From positions 1 through 31,603 of the forward strand of contig PFAQ01000017.1 in the NCBI GenBank assembly GCA_002778645.1: DNA of 31,603 nucleotides, read 5' to 3'. Shown in pieces: positions 8,109 through 16,504 of this stretch (within the stretch, counting starts at the first letter, position 1; every line of letters begins with the position of its first letter). Source of the stretch: Candidatus Falkowbacteria bacterium CG10_big_fil_rev_8_21_14_0_10_39_9. GTDB lineage: Bacteria > Patescibacteriota > Patescibacteriia > Patescibacteriales > UBA12465. The notes under the pieces are model-generated. The model saw only the letters and a program-made list of their open reading frames with translations. It searched no databases and was not told the origin of the DNA. A program made the position numbers and the translations under genes.

Positions 8109-8966
8109 TTATTTTATTTTGATAATCATTATTCTGTCTTGACCGCAGAAATCTTTCAATACTTCCGTTTTAGAGTTGGGCCAATACTTCTTGGCTAATT
8201 GAGTAATAATTGGTGGTTGCGCGGGGTCTATCTCCATAATTAGAGTAATGTCCTTAGCGTTGATACGGGTCACCTGTTGGAGTAACTCGCGGTAAAGGTC
8301 TAGACCATCAACTCCGGAGATAAGAGCGCTCTGGGGCTCTCTCTGGATAGAAGGTGACGTCGTAAATTGATCAGGAGTGAGATAGGGTAGGTTAGCCAGA
8401 ATTATCAGAGAATTAGAAAAATTTTTGGAACTAATGGGGGTCAAAAGGCTACCTAAAGTAAATTTTATCGTTTTATCTAAACCATGGCGCTGGGCGTTTT
8501 GCCTGGCCATTTTTATCGCGCCACGAGATATTTCAATAGCCTGATAATTAGTTTGGGGGTTGGGATTGTTTCGAGCGACAGAGATAATAATACAACCCGA
8601 ACCGGTGCCGACCTCAATGATTTCTGTTGGGCTATTATTAGGAATTATTTTCAAAGCTGATTCCACTAATAATTCAGTTTCGGGGCGGGGGATGAGGGTG
8701 CGATTATTAACATTAAAATCTAGCCCAAAAAATTCTTGATGGCCGGTTAGATAAGCTGTGGGCCAGGGGTTAATTTTTTTGGCAATTAGGTGACGGTATT
8801 TGAGTCGTTGGCAGATAGTTAATTTTTTTTCACCATGAGCCAGCAAAAAAACACGATCTTGTTTTAAAACGCTAGCCAAAAGCAATTCCGCCTCTAAATC
8901 GGGCCGGTCTATTCGTTTTTGGTTTAATTTCTTGATATTTATTTGGAGGGCTTGATCTATTGTCAT
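8109..8966 (-). CDS. prmC: Release factor glutamine methyltransferase PrmC/HemK
   Basis: PTAYLTGHQEFFGL, TLIPRPETELLVE, EVGTGSGCI, ANLPY and SGVDGLDLYR. Confidence 0.95.
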   Translation of the reverse strand: MTIDQALQINIKKLNQKRIDRPDLEAELLLASVLKQDRVFLLAHGEKKLTICQRLKYRHLIAKKINPWPTAYLTGHQEFFGLDFNVNNRTLIPRPETELLVESALKIIPNNSPTEIIEVGTGSGCIIISVARNNPNPQTNYQAIEISRGAIKMARQNAQRHGLDKTIKFTLGSLLTPISSKNFSNSLIILANLPYLTPDQFTTSPSIQREPQSALISGVDGLDLYRELLQQVTRINAKDITLIMEIDPAQPPIITQLAKKYWPNSKTEVLKDFCGQDRIMIIKIK

Positions 8967-9008
8967 TTTGGAGGTAGTTTTTAGGTAGATCTTTTAAATT
9001 TAAATGTT

Positions 9009-9386
9009 ATGAAGTTTTTTACAAAACAACCCAAGAAAGATTTGCCTCCTAAAAAAGAGGTTAATAAAATTTTACCTAAAATAGAGGTTAGAATTTTCCT
9101 TTATGGTTTTAAGGGTTCAGCAGTTGATGTGGAAAATAATTTTCGTAATTTTTTCCAAAAAAATAAAGCAACTATTCAGGTGCGACATTTTTTAATCAAT
9201 TTTCCTGACACCCGCGTCACCGATTTAAGTCCCGAAAAACAGGATCTTTCATTTATCGCTGTTAAAAGCGATAACAAAAAAATCTTGTTAACTCTAAATA
9301 AAATGTTTTCTATTGATGAACATCTTAAAAAATATTTTATTAACTATCAGTTGTTAGTCAATTTTTCTACTTCTGGTAGTCTATAG
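9009..9386 (+). CDS. Hypothetical protein (125 aa) inserted antisense between prfA and prmC
   Basis: Open frame with an ATG in the typical context, followed by a terminator with a + strand T-tract. No confident family. Confidence 0.6.
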   Translation: MKFFTKQPKKDLPPKKEVNKILPKIEVRIFLYGFKGSAVDVENNFRNFFQKNKATIQVRHFLINFPDTRVTDLSPEKQDLSFIAVKSDNKKILLTLNKMFSIDEHLKKYFINYQLLVNFSTSGSL

Positions 9387-9395
9387 TCTGAATCT

Positions 9396-9423
9396 AAAAT
9401 CCCGTTTCAACCGGGATTTTTTT
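9396..9423. terminator. Bidirectional terminator between ORF 9009 and prfA
   Basis: aaaatcccg-tttcaac-cgggatttt(ttt). Confidence 0.8.
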
Positions 9424-10459
9424 ATTTCTCTAAATTCTGTTTAAGAGCACTGATAATTTCGTCCATATCACCTTCCATGATGGTCGAAATATTATGCCAA
9501 GACTTCCCAATCCGATGGTCGGTAATTCGATCTTGGGGGAAGTTATAAGTTCTGATTTTGTCGCTACGGTCACCGCCACCAACTTGGATTTTACGTTCAG
9601 CTGATTCTCGGGCCTGACGATCTTCTTCTACTTTAGCAAGTAGACGAGAGCGCAGGACCTGCAGGGCTTTTTCTTTATTTTGATGTTGGGATTTTTGGTC
9701 TTGGCAACTGACAATCATGCCGGTTGGGACGTGGAGCACTCGAATGGCGGAATAGGTAGTGTTAACACTCTGACCACCTGGTCCGGAAGAGCAGAAAGTA
9801 TCAATGCGAATATCACTCATCTTAATTTCTAAATCAACTTCTTCGGCTTCAGGCAAAACTACAACAGTTGAAGTTGAAGTGTGGATTCGGCCTTGTTTTT
9901 CGGTCTCTGGTACTCGTTGGACGCGGTGAGTCCCGGCCTCGTATTTTAACAAACCATAGGCGCCAGCGCCTTTTACTTCAAAAATGATTTCTTTATAGCC
10001 GCCCAAACCGATAACACTGGAATTTAAAATATCTACCTTTAAATTATGTTTTTCAGCAAAACGAGAATACATCCGAAAGAGATTAGCAGTGAAGAGAGCT
10101 GATTCGTCGCCTCCAGTACCGCCTCTAATTTCCACGATGGCATTTTTCTTGTCGTTGGGGCTAGCCGGGTGCAATTCTTCCTTGATAGCTTTCTCTAGGG
10201 TATCAGCCTTGTTTTGCAGACCATCAATTTCATCTTCGGCCATTTTTTTTAGTTCGGGATCAGTTTCAGTTTTAGCCATTTCCTGGTTGCCTTTCAAGTC
10301 CTCCATAACTTTTTCCCAATCCAAAACTAGCTCATAGGCGGGCTTGAGGTTGGAATGTTCTTTGGAGATCTTGGTTAGCTCGGCGCGGTCGTTCATGAGG
10401 GCCGGATCAGACAGCTTGGCTTCCAAGTCTTTATATTTTTGTTTTAGGTCTTCGTACAT
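9422..10459 (-). CDS. prfA: Peptide chain release factor 1
   Basis: HRVQRVPETE (PxT tripeptide of RF1), SGPGGQSVN (GGQ) and IRTYNFPQDRITDHRI. Confidence 0.97.
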   Translation of the reverse strand: MYEDLKQKYKDLEAKLSDPALMNDRAELTKISKEHSNLKPAYELVLDWEKVMEDLKGNQEMAKTETDPELKKMAEDEIDGLQNKADTLEKAIKEELHPASPNDKKNAIVEIRGGTGGDESALFTANLFRMYSRFAEKHNLKVDILNSSVIGLGGYKEIIFEVKGAGAYGLLKYEAGTHRVQRVPETEKQGRIHTSTSTVVVLPEAEEVDLEIKMSDIRIDTFCSSGPGGQSVNTTYSAIRVLHVPTGMIVSCQDQKSQHQNKEKALQVLRSRLLAKVEEDRQARESAERKIQVGGGDRSDKIRTYNFPQDRITDHRIGKSWHNISTIMEGDMDEIISALKQNLEK

Positions 10460-10472
10460 ATTTGAGAGTTAT

Positions 10473-10536
10473 AAAAAATTGGCCTCCCGATAATTATAGT
10501 TTAGCATAAAAAACTACAATTATAGAGAGGCCAATT
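10473..10536 (-). terminator. Long stem-loop with U-tract between rpmE and prfA (terminator/attenuator)
   Basis: aattggcctc/gaggccaatt outer stem plus taattatagttt/aaactacaatta inner stem. The inner mismatch is G-U on the minus-strand RNA, and a U6 tract follows. Confidence 0.65.
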
Positions 10537-10544
10537 AAGCTTGC

Positions 10545-10826
10545 TTATTCTTTGCTTCGAGCGGCTTTCTTGTCAGCGAGCGCCGCGCGCTTCACTTTTT
10601 TACCTTTAAGATTGGTCATCGTCTTTTGTTTGGTAACTTTAGCGTTGAATTTCTCAGCGCGACCAGCCGCGTCAACTAATTTCTGTTTGCCAGTATAAAA
10701 AGGATGACATTTGGAACAAAGGTCAGTCTTTATTTCGGAATCGGTCGAACCGGTTTCAAAAGTATTGCCACAAGCACAAGAAGCCGTGATCTTGCTGTTG
10801 TATTTTGGGTGAATGTCTTTTTTCAT
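10545..10826 (-). CDS. rpmE: 50S ribosomal protein bL31 (Zn-binding type; start at second Met, 10826)
   Basis: [34 protein letters not shown]. Confidence 0.96.
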   Translation of the reverse strand: MKKDIHPKYNSKITASCACGNTFETGSTDSEIKTDLCSKCHPFYTGKQKLVDAAGRAEKFNAKVTKQKTMTNLKGKKVKRAALADKKAARSKE

Positions 10827-10903
10827 AGTCATTATAAAAAGCGAGAAAAACCATTAAAAGGGGCTTCGTCGCTTCAATTATTTGCTTATTTTTTGATAGA
10901 TTT

Positions 10904-10932
10904 ACAATAACATAGTCATAAAATTTAATCAA
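10904..10932 (-). promoter_or_regulatory. Putative rpmE promoter
   Basis: Minus strand TTGATT, 17 bp, TATTGT with TGn extension. Confidence 0.5.
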
Positions 10933-10972
10933 GAGGATGGGGCCAGAATTAGCTATTTATGTAAAATGGGAA

Positions 10973-11001
10973 TTGAAAAATAAGATTTAGGGTGTTATTA
11001 T
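10973..11001 (+). promoter_or_regulatory. Putative rml operon promoter
   Basis: TTGAAA (10973-10978), 17 bp, TATTAT (10996-11001) with TGn extension. Confidence 0.6.
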
Positions 11002-11030
11002 ATAGAAATCTATTAATTAATGAAAAATCT

Positions 11031-11996
11031 ATGAAAATACTCGTTACCGGCGGCGCCGGCTTTATTGGCTCTAATTTTATCCATTATTGGCTGGGTTTAT
11101 ACCACAATGATTCGATAGTTAATCTGGATAAGTTAACTTATGCTGGTAATTTAGATAACCTGAAGGAATTAGAGGGCAATAGTCGCTATCAATTTGTCGA
11201 GGGCGATATTTGTGATTTTGCCTTGGTTGATGGTCTGGTTCAGGGAATTGACTTGATTGTCCATTTTGCGGCCGAAAGCCATGTCGATCGGTCAATTAAA
11301 GATAGCGCTGATTTTATTAGAACTAATGTGGAGGGTACTCGGGTTCTGCTAGAAGCGGCTCGCCGTAATGGCCATATTCGTTTTCATCATGTTTCCACCG
11401 ATGAGGTATTTGGAGCTCTCAATCCAACTGACGCGAAGTTTAACGAAAAGACTCCTTATGACCCTCGTTCTCCCTATAGCGCTTCTAAGGCTAGTTCGGA
11501 TCATTTAGTCCGAGCTTATTTTCATACTTATGGTTTGCCGATTACGATTTCCAATTGTTCCAATAACTATGGCCCCCGACAGTTCCCGGAAAAATTAATT
11601 CCATTATTTGTTACCAACTTGATTGAAGGTAAAAAAGTGCCGGTCTATGGTGATGGTCAAAATATCCGAGATTGGATTTACGTCGATGACCATAATCGGG
11701 GCGTGGACTTTATCATCCACAAAGGGAAGATCGGTGAAACCTATTGTTTGGGCGGTAATAATGAATTGACTAACATGAAAATTACTCAGGACATCTTGAA
11801 AATTATGGGTAAAGGAGAAGAATCAATCGAGTATGTGACTGATCGCTTGGGTCATGATTTTCGCTATGCGATTGATTTTACCAAAGCCAAAACTGAATTG
11901 GGCTGGGAACCACAGGTAGATTTTACTACTGGCTTGAAAATGACAGTTGTGTGGTATAAAAATCATCCGGAGTGGTGGGAGAAGTTAAAAAAATAG
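11031..11996 (+). CDS. rfbB: dTDP-glucose 4,6-dehydratase (ATG at 11031)
   Basis: MKILVTGGAGFIGSN, HFAAESHVDRS, VSTDEV, YSASK and NCSNNYGP. Confidence 0.96.
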   Translation: MKILVTGGAGFIGSNFIHYWLGLYHNDSIVNLDKLTYAGNLDNLKELEGNSRYQFVEGDICDFALVDGLVQGIDLIVHFAAESHVDRSIKDSADFIRTNVEGTRVLLEAARRNGHIRFHHVSTDEVFGALNPTDAKFNEKTPYDPRSPYSASKASSDHLVRAYFHTYGLPITISNCSNNYGPRQFPEKLIPLFVTNLIEGKKVPVYGDGQNIRDWIYVDDHNRGVDFIIHKGKIGETYCLGGNNELTNMKITQDILKIMGKGEESIEYVTDRLGHDFRYAIDFTKAKTELGWEPQVDFTTGLKMTVVWYKNHPEWWEKLKK

Positions 11997-12006
11997 TTAT
12001 ATTTTT

Positions 12007-12858
12007 ATGAAAGTTTTAATATTGGGAGCTCAAGGTAATTTAGGTGGTCAACTGATGTTAACCTTTGGGTCCGAAGCTATTGGCTGGGATCGGGCAGATC
12101 TAAACATTACCAACAGAAACGAGGTTCTAACTAAAATTTCCGATTTAAAGCCCGAGATAATTATCAACGCCATTGCTTATAACACCGTGGATAAATGTGA
12201 GGCAGACGAGTCCGAATATAATTTGGCTAATAAGTTGAATGGGGAAGCGGTGGGTTATTTGGCTGATGCGGCCATTAAAATTAGGGCTACACTAGTTCAT
12301 TATTCCACTGACTATGTTTTTAGTGGAGAAGATAAATCAGGTTATGTCGAAGACGCCAAACCGGGTCCTATTAACCATTATGGCCAGAGCAAGTTGTTGG
12401 GAGAGAAAGTATTGTACACAAAAAGTGTACAAGGACTAAAATATTATCTGATTAGAACCTCAAAATTGTTCGGACCGAAGGGTAAAAGTGGATTTTCCAA
12501 GCTGAGTTTTTTCGATTTGATGCTTAATTTAGCCCGGGAAAAGACAGAGCTAAAAGTAGTTGATGAAGAATTTAGTTGCTTTACTTATACGGTTGATTTG
12601 GCTGAGAGGACTCAAGAATTGTTAAACCAAAAATATCCTTTCGGGGTGTACCATTTAGTAAACAGTGGTCCGGCCACTTGGTATGGAGCCCTAACTCAGT
12701 TGTTTAAAATTGCCGGAATTAATGTTAAACTAATAGCGGTGGGAAGTGAGGAGTTTCCTCGTCCTGCTCAGAGACCAAAATCTTCGGTTTTACTTAATAC
12801 AAAAATTCCGCCCCTGCGCGATTTATCAGAGGCGCTAGCTGCATATTTAAATTTATGA
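12007..12858 (+). CDS. rfbD: dTDP-4-dehydrorhamnose reductase
   Basis: [31 protein letters not shown] and PRPAQRP..SVL. Confidence 0.93.
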   Translation: MKVLILGAQGNLGGQLMLTFGSEAIGWDRADLNITNRNEVLTKISDLKPEIIINAIAYNTVDKCEADESEYNLANKLNGEAVGYLADAAIKIRATLVHYSTDYVFSGEDKSGYVEDAKPGPINHYGQSKLLGEKVLYTKSVQGLKYYLIRTSKLFGPKGKSGFSKLSFFDLMLNLAREKTELKVVDEEFSCFTYTVDLAERTQELLNQKYPFGVYHLVNSGPATWYGALTQLFKIAGINVKLIAVGSEEFPRPAQRPKSSVLLNTKIPPLRDLSEALAAYLNL

Positions 12859-13580
12859 AAGGTATAATTTTATCGGGTGGTAGTGCGACCAGACTTCGTC
12901 CTTGCACCAAAGTAACCTCTAAACAACTTCTGCCGGTTTATAATCGGCCGATGATTTATTATCCGCTCAATACTCTGATCAAGGCAGGGATCAAAGAGAT
13001 TATGATTATTGTCGCGCCCGAGAGAGCTGGTGATTATTTGAATCTTTTGGGTAGCGGTAAGGATTTTGGGGTGAAGTTTACCTATGAGGTTCAAGATAAA
13101 CCAGAAGGCCTAGCCCAGGCTTTTATTATCGGCGAAACTTTTTTGGAAGACGATTCGGTTTGTATGATCTTGGGCGATAATATTTTTGAAGATGATCTAG
13201 CCGATGATGTTAAAAGTTTCCAGTCCGGCGCTAAGGTTTTTGCTAAACAAGTGAAGGATCCGGAGCGTTTTGGTATCGTTGAGTTTGACGCTAATATGAA
13301 GGCGGTTTCCATCGAAGAAAAACCCGCTCAACCTAAGTCCAATTACTGCGTGACTGGGATGTATCTTTATGATAATCGCGTCGTTAAAGTGGCTAAAGAA
13401 TTGAAGCCATCGACTCGGGGTGAGCTGGAGATTACCGATATTAACAAATGGTATTTAGCTCAGGGCGAATTGGAAGTAGCCATGATTAGTGGTGCCTGGA
13501 TTGATACTGGCACTTTTGACAGTTTGCTGGAGGCCCAGAATCTAGCTAAAGAAAAATTACAAAGCAAATTAGTAATTTAA
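12855..13580 (+). CDS. rfbA: Glucose-1-phosphate thymidylyltransferase (short form)
   Basis: [47 protein letters not shown] and WIDTGT. ATGA overlap with rfbD. Confidence 0.93.
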   Translation: MKGIILSGGSATRLRPCTKVTSKQLLPVYNRPMIYYPLNTLIKAGIKEIMIIVAPERAGDYLNLLGSGKDFGVKFTYEVQDKPEGLAQAFIIGETFLEDDSVCMILGDNIFEDDLADDVKSFQSGAKVFAKQVKDPERFGIVEFDANMKAVSIEEKPAQPKSNYCVTGMYLYDNRVVKVAKELKPSTRGELEITDINKWYLAQGELEVAMISGAWIDTGTFDSLLEAQNLAKEKLQSKLVI

Positions 13581-13590
13581 TTATTTTGAT

Positions 13591-14874
13591 ATGCCTAAAA
13601 AAATCTTATCCAATCAAGCGGTCAAAGGTATGGCTGATTGGTCGCCGGCGGAGTTTGCCCTGCGGCAATATATCTTCTCTAATTGGAGACGAGTTTGTTT
13701 GTCTTATGGTTTTGAGGAATATTTAACTCCAATTTTGGAAAACGCTGAAATTTATCGAGCTAAAAGCGGCGAAGATGTAGGCCAGAAAGAACTGATGGTG
13801 TTTGTTGGTTCTGGTGGCCGAGAATTGGCTCTTAGACCAGAGATGACGCCCTCAGTCACTCGTTTGATTTCTAAAATTTATGATACTTGTTCCAAGCCGA
13901 TTAAGTATTTTTCGATTGCTAATTTTGTCCGAAATGAAAGACCGCAACGGGGACGGAACCGGGAATTTTGGCAATTAAATTGTGATATCTTTGGCAGTGA
14001 ATCAACGTTATCTGATATTGAAATTTTGACTCTCTCGTTGGATTTAGTGTTAGCCTTTAATCCTCCTAAAGGTTCTTTTGTCCTGTCTCTTAATCATCGT
14101 CGTTTGCTGGATGATTTACTAACGCTGGTGAAAGTTAATCACGATCAAAAATTAGTGCTGGCTCGGATTTTAGATAAATATTTGAAATTAAGCACAGCTG
14201 ATTTTACCCAATGTCTAGTTGGCCTCTCTCTGAAAACAGAGCAGATTAATACTATTATCAAATTTATGACAGCTATCAGCTTGGAAGACTTGAAACATCG
14301 CTTGCCGGAAATAGCTGAGAGCCGAGGGTTATTAGAATTAGAAAAGATTATGTCGGCCTTAAAGAAATTGGGCTACCAAAAATATGTTGAATTTAAACCC
14401 AGTGTGATCCGAGGCTTTGACTATTATGATGGTCTGATATTTGAGATGTTTGATTTACACCCAGAGAATAATCGCGCGATGTTTGGCGGCGGTCGTTATA
14501 ACGGTTTAGCTGAGCTTTTTGGAGCGCGGTCTTTCCCAGCAGTTGGTTTTGCTCCGGGTGATGAAACCACTAAGCTCTTTTTAGAGAGCTGGGGGGTTCT
14601 AAAGAAATTAGATTTGAGCGATACCAATAAATATTATCTACCTCTATTGGGTTTTGATCTAGAGTCAGAAACTATCAAACTAGCTCAGAAACTGCGTGAT
14701 CAAGGATTAAGCATTGAGATGGGGCTCGAGGTGACTAAAGTTGGCAAGGCACTCGAATATGCCAACAAGAAGGGGATTACTCGGGTAGTTATTTTAGGGT
14801 CCGACGAATTACAGAGTAAGGTTTATAAGATTAAAGATATGACCAGCGGTCGGGAGAAAAAAATTAAATTATGA
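13591..14874 (+). CDS. hisS: Histidine--tRNA ligase
   Basis: LRPEMTPSV, RNERPQRGRNREFWQ, RGFDYYDG and GGGRY. Confidence 0.96.
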   Translation: MPKKILSNQAVKGMADWSPAEFALRQYIFSNWRRVCLSYGFEEYLTPILENAEIYRAKSGEDVGQKELMVFVGSGGRELALRPEMTPSVTRLISKIYDTCSKPIKYFSIANFVRNERPQRGRNREFWQLNCDIFGSESTLSDIEILTLSLDLVLAFNPPKGSFVLSLNHRRLLDDLLTLVKVNHDQKLVLARILDKYLKLSTADFTQCLVGLSLKTEQINTIIKFMTAISLEDLKHRLPEIAESRGLLELEKIMSALKKLGYQKYVEFKPSVIRGFDYYDGLIFEMFDLHPENNRAMFGGGRYNGLAELFGARSFPAVGFAPGDETTKLFLESWGVLKKLDLSDTNKYYLPLLGFDLESETIKLAQKLRDQGLSIEMGLEVTKVGKALEYANKKGITRVVILGSDELQSKVYKIKDMTSGREKKIKL

Positions 14875-14878
14875 TTTT

Positions 14879-15475
14879 GTGAGACGAACTTTTTTGTGGG
14901 TTTTGTTTATTGCGGCTTTAATCATTTTGACCATTTTAGTTCTGCGGGTAATAAGTGATGAAGATAATTGGTTATGTACGAGTAATGGTTGGTTTAAACA
15001 TGGTAATCCTACTGGACCGCAGCCAAAAACTGTTTGTTCCCAAGCTCAATCACCGGTTGAAACCAGGGATGAGTTAAGTGATCTCCGGAAAGAAGTTTTA
15101 ATTTTTTTTGGTAATACTAAATATGACCCCGATGCTTTAAATTGTGAGATGACTTATGGTACTAGTCGGCGGCCGGCATTTGGGGCTAATAAATATTCGA
15201 CAGTATTGACTGCACTTTTGCAGGGTCCAAGTGAGAGTGAAAAAAATTTAGGATTTTTTACGACGATTAATCCGGGAGTAGAATTGCCCTTAGTTACTTT
15301 CGATCGTGGAGTCTTAACAGTTAACTTTAATTCTGATCTTGAGAAAAACGTCGGTGGCTCCTGCCGAGTGGCCAGTATTCGTTCCCAGATTATAAATACC
15401 CTAAAACAATTTTCGGAAGTTAAAGAAGTTATTATCTCTATTGATGGTCGGGTGAATGATGTTCTACAGCCCTAG
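14879..15475 (+). CDS. Membrane-anchored GerMN-domain protein (start uncertain)
   Basis: N-terminal TM, EDNWLC...WFKHGNP, ALLQGPSESE, GGSCRV.SIRSQI..TLKQF..V..V.ISIDG. Confidence 0.8.
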   Translation: MRRTFLWVLFIAALIILTILVLRVISDEDNWLCTSNGWFKHGNPTGPQPKTVCSQAQSPVETRDELSDLRKEVLIFFGNTKYDPDALNCEMTYGTSRRPAFGANKYSTVLTALLQGPSESEKNLGFFTTINPGVELPLVTFDRGVLTVNFNSDLEKNVGGSCRVASIRSQIINTLKQFSEVKEVIISIDGRVNDVLQP

Positions 15476-15504
15476 TTGACAGCGGCAGAAAGAAATATTA
15501 AGAT
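15476..15504 (+). promoter_or_regulatory. Putative promoter of the NDK-like gene
   Basis: TTGACA (15476-15481), 17 bp, TAAGAT (15499-15504). Confidence 0.65.
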
Positions 15505-15593
15505 GCACTATTAGCAAAGAATTATCATTTAGATAGTTCTTTTTGTTAATTATACCTGTTATTTAAAAATAAATTTAAAAAAAGAAGCTCAAA

Positions 15594-16160
15594 TTGATTA
15601 CAAAATCAGCTGGTGAGCTTTGTTTAACACTTTTGCGTCATAACATTCTGGCCGAGGGTCGAGTGTCGGAGGCGATGTCTGATTTAAAATCTCTAGAAAC
15701 AGTCGGAGTTAAAATAGTCTATAGTATTATTGCCGCTCCCAGTCGGGAACTAATGACAGTGCATTATCAAAAAGATGATGCTTGGTTAATTATGGTTGGG
15801 GACAGTATCTTAGATTTTCAAAAAAAGCATAAATTATTAATTAATTTTAATTCTCTCGAATATGGCCAGAGAGTTTTACAATCATTAATTGATTATAACT
15901 CTGATAAGTTAATGAAAATTTGTATCTTGTTTGGCCTTGATGCTTGTACTCAGGCTCGCAAAATTGTGGGCAGTATTAATGAGCCCGGAACAATGCGGGC
16001 TAAATATTCTCATGATTCTGATTATGAAGCAGCTCTTAACATCAGGGCCACCCAAAACTCAATTCATTGTTCTGGCAACGCCTCGGAGGCTGTATTTGAA
16101 ATAAATAATTTTAAATTAGCCAACTTGCTTCCTGAGTTTGAATTAAATGAATATTGTTGA
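15594..16160 (+). CDS. Divergent nucleoside diphosphate kinase family protein (TTG start)
   Basis: VHY, ARKIVG, PGTMRAKY and NSIHCSG..EAVFEI (catalytic His motif). The N-terminal IKPD motif reads LRHN. Confidence 0.75.
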   Translation: MITKSAGELCLTLLRHNILAEGRVSEAMSDLKSLETVGVKIVYSIIAAPSRELMTVHYQKDDAWLIMVGDSILDFQKKHKLLINFNSLEYGQRVLQSLIDYNSDKLMKICILFGLDACTQARKIVGSINEPGTMRAKYSHDSDYEAALNIRATQNSIHCSGNASEAVFEINNFKLANLLPEFELNEYC

Positions 16161-16193
16161 TTAAAAAAGCCTCCAAAAATTGGGACTTTTTTC

Positions 16194-16222
16194 TTGACTA
16201 TTTTTGTCTTATTTGCTATACT
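16194..16222 (+). promoter_or_regulatory. Near-consensus sigma70 promoter with no downstream protein gene
   Basis: TTGACT (16194-16199), 17 bp, TATACT (16217-16222), with TGn extension. Confidence 0.7.
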
Positions 16223-16228
16223 TAAGTT

Positions 16229-16504
16229 AAGTGATAGTTCTTTTTAATGATTTTTAATAAAAAATCTGTTAAAAAAGTTCTTTCAAAAAAGATAAAGTTT
16301 ATTAATTTATAGCTAATAAATTCAAATCGTCATACAACTCTAGTTGTCTGGTTAATAATTATAATATTAACCCCAATATACGATTCAATTGTAATTTGTT
16401 GTTTATTTATTTTTAAAAAATATCTTTAAAACGCTCCTTTATAATAACAAAAAAACAAAAAACTCAAAAAAATCCCTGGTAGCTCATGCTAGGGATTTTT
16501 ATTT
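16229..16504 (+). ncRNA. Candidate small RNA / orphan transcript
   Basis: Bounded by a promoter and a terminator, with a predicted three-way junction at 16325-16385. The only ATG ORF I noted is 21 codons (16247-16312). It matches no RNA family I recognise. Confidence 0.35.
16466..16504. terminator. Bidirectional terminator (rnhB on -, orphan unit on +)
   Basis: aaaaatccctgg...ctagggattttt with A/T tracts on both sides. One pair is G-U only on the + strand. Confidence 0.8.

Noticed and set aside
14871-14882. ATG ATT TTG TGA minigene or frameshifted start of the GerMN gene overlapping the hisS stop
   Set aside because: GTG at 14879 gives an intact protein with its TM anchor. There is no evidence to prefer a frameshift or a functional 3-codon ORF.
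16163-16192. Terminator after the NDK-like gene
   Set aside because: The stem (aaaaaagcctcc...gggactttttt) has several mismatches and is too weak to call.
16229-16465. Replication origin in the A+T-rich intergenic stretch
   Set aside because: No TTATCCACA-type DnaA box cluster, no dnaA/dnaN nearby, and no change in gene-orientation bias across it.
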